The notes: generated from the sequence alone by a model not told the origin. DNA of 64,000 nucleotides from Candidatus Limnocylindria bacterium (GCA_035543375.1 DASZZF010000006.1:4464-68463), one strand, 5' to 3'. Positions 48,645 to 57,288 are shown, counted from the stretch's first letter. Translations and numbers: made by a program.

Positions 48645-48662
48645 GTACACTTTGCGGCCAGC
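48645..48662. promoter_or_regulatory. GTACACTTTGCGGCCAGC element upstream of the SBP gene
   Basis: Paralogous to the element at 43642-43660. Confidence 0.3.
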
Positions 48663-48684
48663 CGCATCGGTCAGGAGGTCGGGT

Positions 48685-49785
48685 ATGACGAAGTGCAGCT
48701 ACGCCGTCGCACTCCTGGTGGTCATGGTCGTCATGGCAGCGTGCGCGCCGGCGAGCGCGCCCTCGTCCGCGTCGGCGGCCGCAACTCCGACCCCCGGTCC
48801 GACGATCGTGCTGGAGGCGGGGAAGCCTCCGCGGTACACGGGCCCGAAGACGACCATGAAGGTCGTAGTCCAGGGCCGTCCCGACCAGGCCCCGTTCGAG
48901 CTTGCCTTCCGCCGTGGATATTTCGACTCGCTCGGCATCACGGTCGATCCGATCACGATCCCGACGGGCGCCGAGGCGCTGCAGGCCATCGCGACGAACC
49001 AGGTGCAGGCGGGACCGACATCGCCCTCGGCGGCGCTCTTCAATGCGCTGAACCGCGGGGTCGACTTGCGGATCGTGGCGGATCAGGCGCACATCGAGGG
49101 CGCGACCGACACGACGGTCTCGATCCTCGTCCGGTCAGCGCTCCAGGGACAGGTCAAGAGCATGGCCGACCTCAAGGGCAAGAAGTTCGCAATCGGTGGC
49201 GCTCCCGGATCCATCGGCGACCTCATCGCCGCGAAGGCCGCCGCGAAGGACGGCATCAAGCTCAGCGACATGACGGTGAACTACCTCCCGTTGGGCGACA
49301 TCCTCGGCGCGCTCGCGAGCGGCGCGGTGGATGCGGGCATGCTCGTCGAGCCGCTCGTCGGGGCGGCCGTCGGCCAGAAGATCGCGTTCGTCCTCTATCC
49401 CGGTGGGCAGCTCATCGACGGGACGCACGTCGCCGTCATCGTCTACTCACCCCAATTCGCTGCGCAGACGGAGGTCGCGACGCGATTCATGATCGGCTAT
49501 CTCCTCGGTGTACGTGACTTCGACGACGCCTTCTTCCAGAACAAGGGGAAGACCGAGGCGATCGATCTGCTGGTCCAGTACCTCGCGTTGAAGGACAAGA
49601 ACGTGTGGGCGAACGCGCGTCAGCCGAAAGGCGATCTGAACGGCAAAGTGAACGTGCCCGATCTGAAGGCCCAGGCAGACTTCTTTGCGAGCCTCAAGCT
49701 CATCGAGGGGGCGGTGCCCGACGTGACGAAGTACGTCGATACCCGGTTTACGGAAGGTGCACTCAAGATCATCGGCTCGCGCTGA
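48685..49785 (+). CDS. ABC transporter substrate-binding lipoprotein, NitT/TauT family
   Basis: Lipobox VMAACAP. RBS AGGAGG precedes the ATG at 48685. Confidence 0.7.
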   Translation: MTKCSYAVALLVVMVVMAACAPASAPSSASAAATPTPGPTIVLEAGKPPRYTGPKTTMKVVVQGRPDQAPFELAFRRGYFDSLGITVDPITIPTGAEALQAIATNQVQAGPTSPSAALFNALNRGVDLRIVADQAHIEGATDTTVSILVRSALQGQVKSMADLKGKKFAIGGAPGSIGDLIAAKAAAKDGIKLSDMTVNYLPLGDILGALASGAVDAGMLVEPLVGAAVGQKIAFVLYPGGQLIDGTHVAVIVYSPQFAAQTEVATRFMIGYLLGVRDFDDAFFQNKGKTEAIDLLVQYLALKDKNVWANARQPKGDLNGKVNVPDLKAQADFFASLKLIEGAVPDVTKYVDTRFTEGALKIIGSR

Positions 49786-49787
49786 GC

Positions 49788-50252
49788 GTGACCGCCGTCG
49801 GACGCATCGTGCTTCCCGGCAACGGGCGCATCCTGCGGCCGCCGCCGAACTCGATGACCGTGAAGCTGGATGAGGATGAGACCCGCCCGGACGGCTTTGC
49901 CCTCATCGAGTATCAGACCGCGCCCGGGCTCCCCCCGAATCCGCCACATCTCCACCGGACGTTCGAGGAGGCCTGGTACATCCTCGAAGGCGAGGTCGAG
50001 TTCCGTTTCACCGGGCGCCGCGAGCTCGCGCGGCCCGGGACGTTCGTGTTCGCGCCGCGCGGCGTTCCCCACGCGTTCACGGTGATGGGCGACACGCCCG
50101 CACGGTGGCTCACGCTGTTCTCGCCCGGCCGCTATTTCCGGATGGTCGAGGAGCTTCTCGCCGCTCTGCCGCCCGGTGGGGGACCGCCACCGGCCGCGCG
50201 GTGGACCGAGATCCTCGAGCGATACGACTCCGAGGTCGTGACCGATCTCTAG
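49788..50252 (+). CDS. Cupin-domain protein
   Basis: Reads HLHRTFEEAWYILEGEVEFRF...GTFVFAPRGVPHAF. The start is either a GTG overlapping the SBP end or the ATG at 49854. Confidence 0.55.
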   Translation: MTAVGRIVLPGNGRILRPPPNSMTVKLDEDETRPDGFALIEYQTAPGLPPNPPHLHRTFEEAWYILEGEVEFRFTGRRELARPGTFVFAPRGVPHAFTVMGDTPARWLTLFSPGRYFRMVEELLAALPPGGGPPPAARWTEILERYDSEVVTDL

Positions 50253-50279
50253 CCGAACCTATCCCATACTGAAGACCAG

Positions 50280-50702
50280 ATGACCGAGCCGATCGACCTT
50301 GCCCCATTCGCCGAGCGTGTGAACGGGGCGGTCGCCGACGGTTGCCCGATGCTCATCGCGACCGCAAACGACGGTCAGCCTGATCTGAGCCTCCGCGGGA
50401 GCCTCATGGTGTGGGATCGCGATCACCTCGCGTTCTGGGAGCGCGCGCTGCTCGAGTCGTACGCCGCCCTCCAGCGCAACCCCAAGATCGCCGCGTTCTA
50501 CCGCTCGACGGCGCGCAAAGAGCCATACCTGCGGTTCTACGGCGAAGCGCTCCTCGTCGAGGATGCGGCGTTGCGGGAGCAGGTCTGGGACCGCGTCGTC
50601 GAGTCTGAGAAGAAGAGCGACCCGGAGAAGAAGGGCGCCGCGTTCCTCATCCGGGTCGATCGTGTTCGTCAGGGGCGTGACGTCATCCAGCAGCGCGGCT
50701 GA
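50280..50702 (+). CDS. Pyridoxamine 5'-phosphate oxidase family (PNPOx-like split-barrel) protein
   Basis: 140 aa, reading PMLIATANDGQPDLSLRGSLMVWDRDHLAFWERALLESYAALQRNPKIAAFY. Confidence 0.6.
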   Translation: MTEPIDLAPFAERVNGAVADGCPMLIATANDGQPDLSLRGSLMVWDRDHLAFWERALLESYAALQRNPKIAAFYRSTARKEPYLRFYGEALLVEDAALREQVWDRVVESEKKSDPEKKGAAFLIRVDRVRQGRDVIQQRG

Positions 50703-50789
50703 GCCCGGCGTTCCCCTCGGCTTGGAGGCTCGTCGCTGTCACCCGCCGCACCGTGCCGGCGGACCCATCGACCTCGACGAGCTCGCCGT

Positions 50790-51163
50790 CGACCAGCGTG
50801 TCCAGCGCGGTGCCCGAGATCCTCGAGGGCGACACGTACATCAAGGACTGGCGACCCTCTCGGTCAGCGGGTCCACTCTTCCTCAATCGGCATGGCGACC
50901 CGTTCTCGTACGACGGCTTCTCGCAGATCTTCTCTCGGATCAAGAAGCGGTTGCCAGCCGCGATCGATTTCAAGATCCACCGCGCTCGCAACACCGCGCT
51001 CACCAACTGGCGGCGGGCCGGGGTGGACATCGCGACGCTGGCGAAGCTCGCGGGCCATGCCGACATCGCCCACACCGAGCACTACCTCGGCGACATCACC
51101 CCCGAGGAGATCGCGCGCATCCCCGACGCCTTCGGGCGCTTCTACGGCAAGCGGGCTGGGTGA
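50790..51163 (+). pseudogene. C-terminal fragment of a tyrosine recombinase (phage integrase) upstream of tRNA-Lys
   Basis: Only the last approximately 110 aa are present. They read HRARNTALTNWRRAGVDIATLAKLAGHADIAHTEHY, covering the HxxR box and the catalytic Tyr. The N-terminal two thirds are missing. Confidence 0.55.
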
Positions 51164-51242
51164 CGCATGCCAGCTGAGCGAATCACCCGCTCGAAAATCA
51201 GGTCCGTTGACGCGGATCTGCGAAAAGCCTCAGCATTGAGCG

Positions 51243-51314
51243 GGGCCAGTAGCTCAGCGGTAGAGCAGGGGACTCTTAATCCCTTGGTCGTGGGTTCGAA
51301 TCCCTCCTGGCTCA
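51243..51314 (+). tRNA. tRNA-Lys(CTT): tRNA-Lys (anticodon CTT)
   Basis: Manual cloverleaf fold: acceptor stem GGGCCAG/CTGGCTC, D-arm GCTC-AGCGGTA-GAGC, anticodon arm GGGGA-CTCTTAA-TCCCT (U33, anticodon CTT at 34-36), T-loop TTCGAAT, discriminator A. The T-stem has one T-T mismatch. CCA is not encoded. Confidence 0.8.
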
Positions 51315-51315
51315 C
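51272..51315. repeat. attL core: 44-bp direct repeat (3' half of tRNA-Lys)
   Basis: The sequence ACTCTTAATCCCTTGGTCGTGGGTTCGAATCCCTCCTGGCTCAC is repeated exactly at 56750-56793. Confidence 0.75.
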
Positions 51316-51396
51316 AGGGAATCATTCGGAATATCGGCTCTTCCACGTCGGACGGGCGGTGCCTTGTACCGCGACTGTGCCCACTTCTGTGCCCAC

Positions 51397-52530
51397 TCAG
51401 GCGCCGAGCATCGCGTCGAGCGTCGCTGCCGCCTCTTTCTGCATCGTCGGCGTGACGTGGCTGTAGACGTTCAGGGTGAGGCTTGGCGTGCTGTGGCCGA
51501 GCCGCTCGGCCACCACGCTCGGGTGCGTGCCAGCGGTGAGCAGGAGCGTCGCGGCGGTGTGCCGAAGGTCGTGGAAGCGAACGCGCGGCAGCCCCGCCCG
51601 TGCGAGCAGCGGGTAGTGCGTGCGCCTGAGGAGATTGCCGGCGTCGATCGGCGTCCCGACCTCCGTCGTGAATACCAGTCCGCTGTCCGTCCAGGCCGCT
51701 CCCACCCGCAGCCGCTCCTCGGCCTGCGCCACTCGATGCCGGCGGAGGGCGTCGAGCGCCCGTGCGCCGAGCGGGATCGCGCGGCGGCTCGCGGCGGTCT
51801 TCGGATCGGCGAAGAGGAGCCGACCGGGAAGCCGCTGCAGGGTCCGAACGATGTGGATCGCGCCCGCTTCGAAGTCCACGTCGGTCCAGCGCAGGGCGAG
51901 GAGCTCGCCCTCCCGCGCGCCCGTATCGAGCGCGAGCGCGTACAGCGCCCCGAGCCGGTCGGACGCGGCGGCCACGATGAGTGTCCGGGCTTGCTCGGCA
52001 GTGAGCGTGTCCATGTCGCGATGCTCGGCCCGCGGCGGCCGGACGAGCCGCTGCACGTTCCGCGCGACGAGCCCGGAGCGCTCCGCGTCGCGCAGTGCTG
52101 TCCCGAGCACGCGGTGCGCTTGGCCCACCGTCAGGGGAGCGAGGCCCCCCGCGATCATCGCGGCGTAGGCCGTCGTGAGGTCCGTGGGCTGCAACTTCGT
52201 CAGCGCGATGCGCCCGAGCCGCGGCATGAGGTGCCGACGCAGGAGCGCCGCGTAACGGACGTGCGTCGTGGGCCGAACGTTCGCACGCACGCCTTCAACC
52301 CACCGCTCGAGGTATGCGCCCACCGCGAGCCGCTCCGTCGCGACCGGCAAGCCCTGCTGGCGCGCTCTCAGGACCGCGGTCAGCCGGTCGGCCGCCTCAC
52401 GGCGCGTCTTGCCGTAGACAACCTTGCGGCGGCGCTTCCCGTTTTCAAAGCCTAGCGACGCACGTGCGACCCATAATCCATCCGACTTCCGTTGACCGAC
52501 CGTGCCCTCACCGCGTCCTCGCTTTGACAC
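51397..52530 (-). CDS. Tyrosine-type site-specific recombinase (phage integrase)
   Basis: 377 aa with the catalytic region FHDLRHTAATLLLTAGTHPSVVAERLGHSTPSLTLNVYSHV (R-H-R-Y). It lies adjacent to the tRNA-proximal att site. Confidence 0.85.
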   Translation of the reverse strand: MSKRGRGEGTVGQRKSDGLWVARASLGFENGKRRRKVVYGKTRREAADRLTAVLRARQQGLPVATERLAVGAYLERWVEGVRANVRPTTHVRYAALLRRHLMPRLGRIALTKLQPTDLTTAYAAMIAGGLAPLTVGQAHRVLGTALRDAERSGLVARNVQRLVRPPRAEHRDMDTLTAEQARTLIVAAASDRLGALYALALDTGAREGELLALRWTDVDFEAGAIHIVRTLQRLPGRLLFADPKTAASRRAIPLGARALDALRRHRVAQAEERLRVGAAWTDSGLVFTTEVGTPIDAGNLLRRTHYPLLARAGLPRVRFHDLRHTAATLLLTAGTHPSVVAERLGHSTPSLTLNVYSHVTPTMQKEAAATLDAMLGA

Positions 52531-53257
52531 TGGTCACTCCTCTCGCGCGGACAGATCCGCGCCGCCGCGTCTTCTGCGCCTTGTCACGGTGCCGCTGCAC
52601 TCTTCCGGCGACCCGTTCCGCGGGCTCTGGGTTCCTTTTCTGAGATATGCGCTTCCGCGCGTTGTCGCAGTCCGGCGCTCCGCAGGTGAGACGATGGTGC
52701 CGACGCTCGTTGCTGAGCCACCACTCGTGACAGAACGGGCATTGTCCGTAGCTCTTCGCATTCACCAACTGCTCAAGCGCCGCGAGGCCGATCGCTGACT
52801 TCGGGTCGAGCGCGATTGGGCCGAGCGCCGGCGGCACCTTGAGTAGCGATCGCCAGCGGTGATTCGGAGGCTGGTATCTCTCTGTGACGCCCGATAGAAC
52901 GACTGAACGAGTAATGAGGGGAGAGCGCGACGACGGCACGAGCGTCTCCTCCGTCTGAAGGTCGAAGCCAAGCCTTTTCGTCAGTGGACGTAACACTGCC
53001 GCCGCTAGGAGAAAGTGGCGCCTCTCGCCCTCTTCGCTGCCCTGTTCGCGACTGCGGAGCGCCTTAGCGCCTTCACTGCGTGCCCAACGCACCCACGCCT
53101 GCAAGTCGGCAATCCGCTTGTGGCCGAGCCGAGTCCAGTTCTCGCCTACGACCTCCTCGAGCAGTTCGCGGCGTTCATCGGCTGTCGTCGGCGCGCACTG
53201 CGGTTCGCTGACAAAGACGATGAGGCGCTCGACGCGCTCCCGTCGCTCGCGGCTCAT
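52508..53257 (-). CDS. Hypothetical element protein with C-terminal zinc ribbon (CPFCHEWW...CGAPDC) and basic tail
   Basis: ORF with the start at MSRERRERVERL. The ORF-track extension to 53437 precedes it. There is no family assignment, but the basic C-terminus suggests nucleic-acid binding. Confidence 0.4.
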   Translation of the reverse strand: MSRERRERVERLIVFVSEPQCAPTTADERRELLEEVVGENWTRLGHKRIADLQAWVRWARSEGAKALRSREQGSEEGERRHFLLAAAVLRPLTKRLGFDLQTEETLVPSSRSPLITRSVVLSGVTERYQPPNHRWRSLLKVPPALGPIALDPKSAIGLAALEQLVNAKSYGQCPFCHEWWLSNERRHHRLTCGAPDCDNARKRISQKRNPEPAERVAGRVQRHRDKAQKTRRRGSVRARGVTSVKARTR

Positions 53258-53361
53258 TTGTAACGCGACGCTAGTTATTCTTGCTTCAGTCGGCATCATC
53301 CGACAGTGTCCTACTGAAACGCATCGCCCACAAGAGTCCAAAGGGCGGACAGGAGGACAAT

Positions 53362-53601
53362 ATGAGCGACCGGCTACTGCTCCGGGTCGGTGAGGCGGCG
53401 GACGCGCTGGGCGTCTCGCGCTCGAGCCTCTACGCACTCATCCAGGCAGGGGTGGTCCCTGCGATAAGGCTCGGCGCGTCGCTCAGGGTTCCGCGCGTCC
53501 AGCTCGAGCAGCTCATCAACGAAAGAGCCGCCACCGCTGCAAACGGCGACGGCTCAGAGGTGGAGACGGATGACCGCCGTCCCCGCTCTAACCGAGGGTA
53601 G
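53362..53601 (+). CDS. Excisionase / MerR-like helix-turn-helix DNA-binding protein
   Basis: Reads LLRVGEAADALGVSRSSLYALIQAGVVPAIRLGASLRVPRVQLEQLI, an Xis/AlpA-type HTH. RBS GGACAGGAGGA precedes the ATG. It is divergent from the Zn-ribbon gene across an AT-richer 104-bp region. Confidence 0.55.
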   Translation: MSDRLLLRVGEAADALGVSRSSLYALIQAGVVPAIRLGASLRVPRVQLEQLINERAATAANGDGSEVETDDRRPRSNRG

Positions 53602-53795
53602 CCCTGGCGGATGCCGGGCGCATCCGTCGAAGGCTTACGAACCCAGGTGGTGGTCCAAGCCTGATCGGGAGGATCCTGCCGATCGAGCGATCCTGACGTG
53701 GCAGCGGGAGCGCGACGAGCTCCGCCGCGCGCGGCGGCAGGCGGCGATCGAGTCGACCACCTCTATGTGTCTTACCTGCGGGCAGAGCGTGCCGG

Positions 53796-54977
53796 GTGGC
53801 TGAGCTCCCGTTCGACCCTGAGGCGCACGCCCGCGACCATGGCGAGCAGCACCTGATCCCTCCGAACGTTGGTGCGCCGCCGCCCTCTGGCGTTCAGCGT
53901 CAGCGTGACGCGCTCATTGCCGTTTCTTCGCGCCGCCCATCTCCGGCGAGCATGCGGACTTGGTGGCAGATCGTCGACGTTGCTGAAACCGACCCGCCGC
54001 GGGCCATCGTCCAGGGCCTCATCGCGGAAGAGGAAACGGTCCTCCTCTACGGCTACAGCGGCACGGGCAAGTCGCTCCTGGCGCTCGAGCTCGCCCTCGC
54101 GATCCAACGGGGTCAGCCGTTCCTCGGACACTACGTGACCTCGCGCGCGCGAGTCGGCATCTTGGACGAGGAATCGCCGCCGCGGCGCCTCGGTGAGCGG
54201 CTACGGCAGCTCGCGGCGTCGCACGGTATCGCGGCCGGCGATCCCGAAATGCCTTTGATCGAGGTCGCAGGCGGACATCGCATCGATACGCCCGACGGTC
54301 TGGGGGCAATCTGGGAGCTTATCCGCGGCGGGGATCTCGGCGTGCTGATCGTTGATACGTTGCGGCGCGTCCATGGCCTGCGCGAGAACGACTCGGACGA
54401 CATGGCGCGGATCGCGGAGGCGGTCGCTTGGCTGAAGCGCAGGGCGCGCGATGAGCTGGGGCGTCCGCTCACCATCGTCCTCATCCACCATGCGCCGAAG
54501 CCTCGCGAGGGCGGCGCAAACGCGCCCGAAACGATGGCCCGCGGCTCGGGTGACATTTTCGCCGCCGTCGATTCGGCGCTATACGCCCGGAAGGTCAAGG
54601 TGCACGACGCGGCTGAGGGCGAGGTTGAGGAGGTCGTCGTGGAGCACGCGAAGGCGCGCTGGGGCGAGGCAACGAAGCCGTTCCGTGTTCGCGTCACCGC
54701 TGAGGCCGGCGAGTCGGTCGCTCTGACCTACATGGGCGACGCGTCAGACGAAGTGCAGCAATCGGCGAAGGCCGAGCAGTACGTCCGCGACACGCTCGCG
54801 GCGGCTGGCGGTGCAGCCGTCCCGCGCAAGAGGCTCATCGAGGACGCTCGCGCGTCGGGCCTTGCGCAGCGCACGTTGCTGCGCGTTCTCTCCCGCCTCA
54901 AGGAGCTTGGCACCATTGAGCCGATACGAGACGGCCGCGAGACCCTCTTTCGGCTGACTTCCGACGGTCTCCTGTGA
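53796..54977 (+). CDS. RecA-fold AAA ATPase (AAA_25 / RepA-like replication or helicase-loader protein of mobile elements)
   Basis: Walker A GYSGTGKS and Walker B LGVLIVDTLRRVHGL, with a RecA-like fold. The C-terminal wHTH-like region reads RLIEDARASGLAQRTLLRVLSRLKELGTIEP. Apparent GTG start. Confidence 0.65.
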   Translation: MAELPFDPEAHARDHGEQHLIPPNVGAPPPSGVQRQRDALIAVSSRRPSPASMRTWWQIVDVAETDPPRAIVQGLIAEEETVLLYGYSGTGKSLLALELALAIQRGQPFLGHYVTSRARVGILDEESPPRRLGERLRQLAASHGIAAGDPEMPLIEVAGGHRIDTPDGLGAIWELIRGGDLGVLIVDTLRRVHGLRENDSDDMARIAEAVAWLKRRARDELGRPLTIVLIHHAPKPREGGANAPETMARGSGDIFAAVDSALYARKVKVHDAAEGEVEEVVVEHAKARWGEATKPFRVRVTAEAGESVALTYMGDASDEVQQSAKAEQYVRDTLAAAGGAAVPRKRLIEDARASGLAQRTLLRVLSRLKELGTIEPIRDGRETLFRLTSDGLL

Positions 54978-54980
54978 TTC

Positions 54981-55064
54981 GTGCCATGGCACTCGTCGAT
55001 GGCGTGCGTGGCACGGGTCGACGTGTGCCACGTGCCACACGCTAAGGGCGCGATCGTTGGCACG
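54981..55064. repeat. Iteron-like cluster: five GTGCCA/TGGCAC repeats, including the palindrome GTGCCATGGCAC, starting 4 bp after the RepA-like gene
   Basis: Copies read GTGCCATGGCAC, GTGGCAC, GTGCCACGTGCCAC and TTGGCACG within 85 bp, at the head of a 590-bp non-coding stretch. Confidence 0.4.
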
Positions 55065-55567
55065 CGTCGCGCGACGCCGCACGGTGGTCGCTCTTCCAGT
55101 GCGCGATGATCGGCCCGGGGCTTTTCGCCACTCGGATTTCAGGCGGGTACCTACGCCCTCCCCAGCGGGCCAGTGAATGAAAGGTCCCCGGGATGATCGC
55201 GACGACACGTGTCGGTGTCGACGTTGGTCGCAGGGGGAGTGCGACGCGCCGTCGTCAGCGTCGAGCGACGCAGCGTCGAACCCGGGTCGCGCCGAGGCTC
55301 TGGCCGAGAAAAGGAGGAAGGCGTGAGGAGGGGTACCGTCGTCAGTCCTGACACCGCTCCGATGCCCTAACGAGCTCGCCGGCGTCACGCGCTCGAGGCG
55401 ACGTACCGGACGTACCGGACCCTAGACGCGTTCCCGCACGAACTACTCGTACAGCATCGCCCACGAGCCTGCATCGCGAACGTGGATACCGCCCGACCCG
55501 GTGCTCATTTGGTACGGGGGTGCCCTCACGTCTGGAAGCTGTCTAGACGCCGTCTAGTATCTCAACC

Positions 55568-55756
55568 GTGACCGACCTCGATGCGCGGCGCCCGAAGGAT
55601 GGCGGACCGTGGCGTGAGCTCAACATGCGAGTCACGGGGAAGGAACGGCAGCACATCGAACTGATCGTCGAGCTCGGTCTTGCCAGCTCCACGTCCGGGG
55701 CGATCCGTTTCGCACTCGCCGACACCGCTCGCCGACTGAGGCAGGGGCCGCGCTAA
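55568..55756 (+). CDS. Small ribbon-helix-helix (CopG/Arc/ParD-like) protein
   Basis: 62 aa; RVTGKERQHIELIVELGLASSTSGAIRFALADTA fits a beta-strand followed by two helices. The direct repeats GTCTAGA and GTCTAGT lie 10-27 nt upstream of its GTG start. Confidence 0.4.
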   Translation: MTDLDARRPKDGGPWRELNMRVTGKERQHIELIVELGLASSTSGAIRFALADTARRLRQGPR

Positions 55757-56517
55757 AAACGCACCGTCGCCGCCGCGATCTGTCGCCCGCTTAGGTCGTA
55801 TGCCGGGCGCGAGTTTGCGGTGACGACGCCGCCGACCGTCACGGAGTTCGTCATCGGCGGGCCCCAATTATTCCCTCGGTCTCCTGGGTTGTAGCAATCT
55901 ACGGTCACGGTCATGCCATCCGGTGAGAGAGTGACGTTGGGTGAGCCCGGACCCAGCCAGCAGGTGTCGTAAGGGTCATGCCCGTTGACTGAGTAGCTAC
56001 GAAAGTCGGGCGGTCCGACTGGTCCGCTGAACGTGACCCTAAACGCCCTAGGGTTGAGGTACTCCGCTCTGACAACCACCGTCAGCGGGGTGGGTGATGC
56101 CGTCGGGACTGGCGTGGGCGGTGGCGTCGGAATGGGCGTGGGCGGCGGTGTCGGAACGGGCGTGGGCCGGGGCGTCGGCGGAAGCGTGACGATGATGATG
56201 ACCGGCGCCGCCGTAGCCGCCGGCGCGGGGGACGGGCGCGCCGTTGCCTGAGGACCAGGAGCCGCGTCCGTAGGCGGAACCGGAGCTGGCGTGACCGAAA
56301 GCACCGGGGTTTGAGTGACCGCTGCCGATGTCGACGGCGCGGGGGTCGGTGAGCCAGGCGTGGCCGAGGGACTTTGCGCAGCCGCAACCGCCGCACGGCG
56401 TGCGAGCTCGGCGTCGACGGCCGAGGCGATAACTGACGGGTCAGGCGTTGGGGGAACGGCTGTCCCCGATGGCCCGCAGGAAACGATCAGGAGAAGCAGG
56501 ATCGGGAACAGTCTCAA
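55753..56517 (-). CDS. Secreted lipoprotein with a Pro/Thr-rich tandem-repeat linker (element cargo)
   Basis: Signal peptide with lipobox LIVSC. The linker reads PTPRPTPVPTPPPTPIPTPPPTPVPT and is encoded by three tandem 24-bp repeats. It is followed by a C-terminal globular domain with Cys and Trp residues. Confidence 0.55.
   Translation of the reverse strand: MRLFPILLLLIVSCGPSGTAVPPTPDPSVIASAVDAELARRAAVAAAQSPSATPGSPTPAPSTSAAVTQTPVLSVTPAPVPPTDAAPGPQATARPSPAPAATAAPVIIIVTLPPTPRPTPVPTPPPTPIPTPPPTPVPTASPTPLTVVVRAEYLNPRAFRVTFSGPVGPPDFRSYSVNGHDPYDTCWLGPGSPNVTLSPDGMTVTVDCYNPGDRGNNWGPPMTNSVTVGGVVTANSRPAYDLSGRQIAAATVRF
56121..56192. repeat. Three tandem 24-bp repeats (GGCGTGGGCGGNGGNGTCGGAAYG) encoding the PTP linker
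   Basis: Direct tandem repeats are visible on the + strand. Confidence 0.6.
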
Positions 56518-56749
56518 CAGCGCAGCTCGCCGGTCCCAGTCAACAACTGTTGACGCACCGCCGTCCTAACGAGGCACAGGCTCGCGAGCTCGTCCCGCTC
56601 GCCGGCGTCACGTGCGTCTGCGACCGGGTGTGCCCAGCACTGTGCCCACCCGGTTGGACTGCCGTGAAGAAGTTGGACGCCGCTGAAAAGCACCGCCGGC
56701 ATTGTGGCGCATTCGGATACCCTTGGATGCCCTTGCACGCGCGAGTGGA

Positions 56750-56793
56750 ACTCTTAATCCCTTGGTCGTGGGTTCGAATCCCTCCTGGCTCAC
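56750..56793. repeat. attR core: second copy of the 44-bp tRNA 3'-half repeat
   Basis: Identical to 51272-51315. The flanking sequence differs immediately on both sides. Confidence 0.75.
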
Positions 56794-56914
56794 TGAAAAA
56801 CGATGGTTTGTCTCGCGCGACGACTGACGATGTAGCCAACCGTGTAGCCCAACTGAGGGACAGCCTCGCGGGCTATTAGCCGCGAGGGGTTCGCGTCGCT
56901 GGCGGCGGAGTTCA

Positions 56915-57120
56915 TCACGCGACTTGCCGGACCCCGGAGGGCCGAAGATCGTCACGAGATACGGACGCTGCTCCCCGCCAAGCCGGCGGTACGCGTCCTC
57001 GAGCAGCCGAAGCTCGTCGTCGCGGCCGATGAGCGGCGCGCGCGGGCCCGGCAGACCACGATCCTGCTCAGGCGTCGCGGTCGCGACCAGCGCCGCCGGC
57101 CACGCCTCCAGGGCGCCCAT
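56915..57120 (-). pseudogene. Fragment of a STAND/AAA ATPase P-loop region, paralogous to the ATPase domain of the cyclase-ATPase-TPR protein
   Basis: Reads LIGRDDELRLLEDAYRRLGGEQRPYLVTIFGPPGSGKSR, which aligns with MVGRGAELAQLRRSYDDAKRERSCQLLTFIGAPGIGKSR in the gene at 58536. The reading frame degenerates immediately after the P-loop. Confidence 0.4.
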
Positions 57121-57288
57121 GTTCTTCGCCTCGATGACGCGCCGCTCGCCGTAGCGGATACCCCGGTCAGTGAGGCGTTTGGTGAGTCCCCCAACGAGGA
57201 TCTCGCTCGGGCTCGCGGCGTTTCCGCTCCTCCGGCATGCGGGGAGTCTAGGAGGCTGCCGAGCGAGCGCGGCCTGGAGCGCGAAGCG

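Larger units (their letters stand above)
51316..56749. mobile_element. 5.4 kb integrated element (satellite/PICI-like or minimal prophage remnant) at tRNA-Lys
   Basis: Bounded by 44-bp direct repeats that copy the tRNA 3' end. The contents are an integrase next to the tRNA, an excisionase-like HTH protein, a RecA-fold ATPase with an adjacent repeat cluster, a ribbon-helix-helix protein and a cargo lipoprotein. There are no capsid or tail genes. Confidence 0.6.

Noticed and set aside
53570-53803. 77-aa ORF overlapping the end of the Xis-like gene
   Set aside because: It has a weak start context and no recognisable motif apart from a CxxC pair, and it overlaps two better-supported genes. It is left unannotated.
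54981-55064. TGGCAC repeats read as sigma-54 (-24/-12) promoters
   Set aside because: No TTGC(A/T) -12 element lies at the required 5-nt spacing in any copy, and the clustering and palindromic arrangement fit iterons better.
56856-56876. Short GC hairpin (CTCGCGG ... CCGCGAG) downstream of attR
   Set aside because: The stem is only 7 bp with no U-tract, and it is not associated with any intact gene end, so it is not reported as a terminator.
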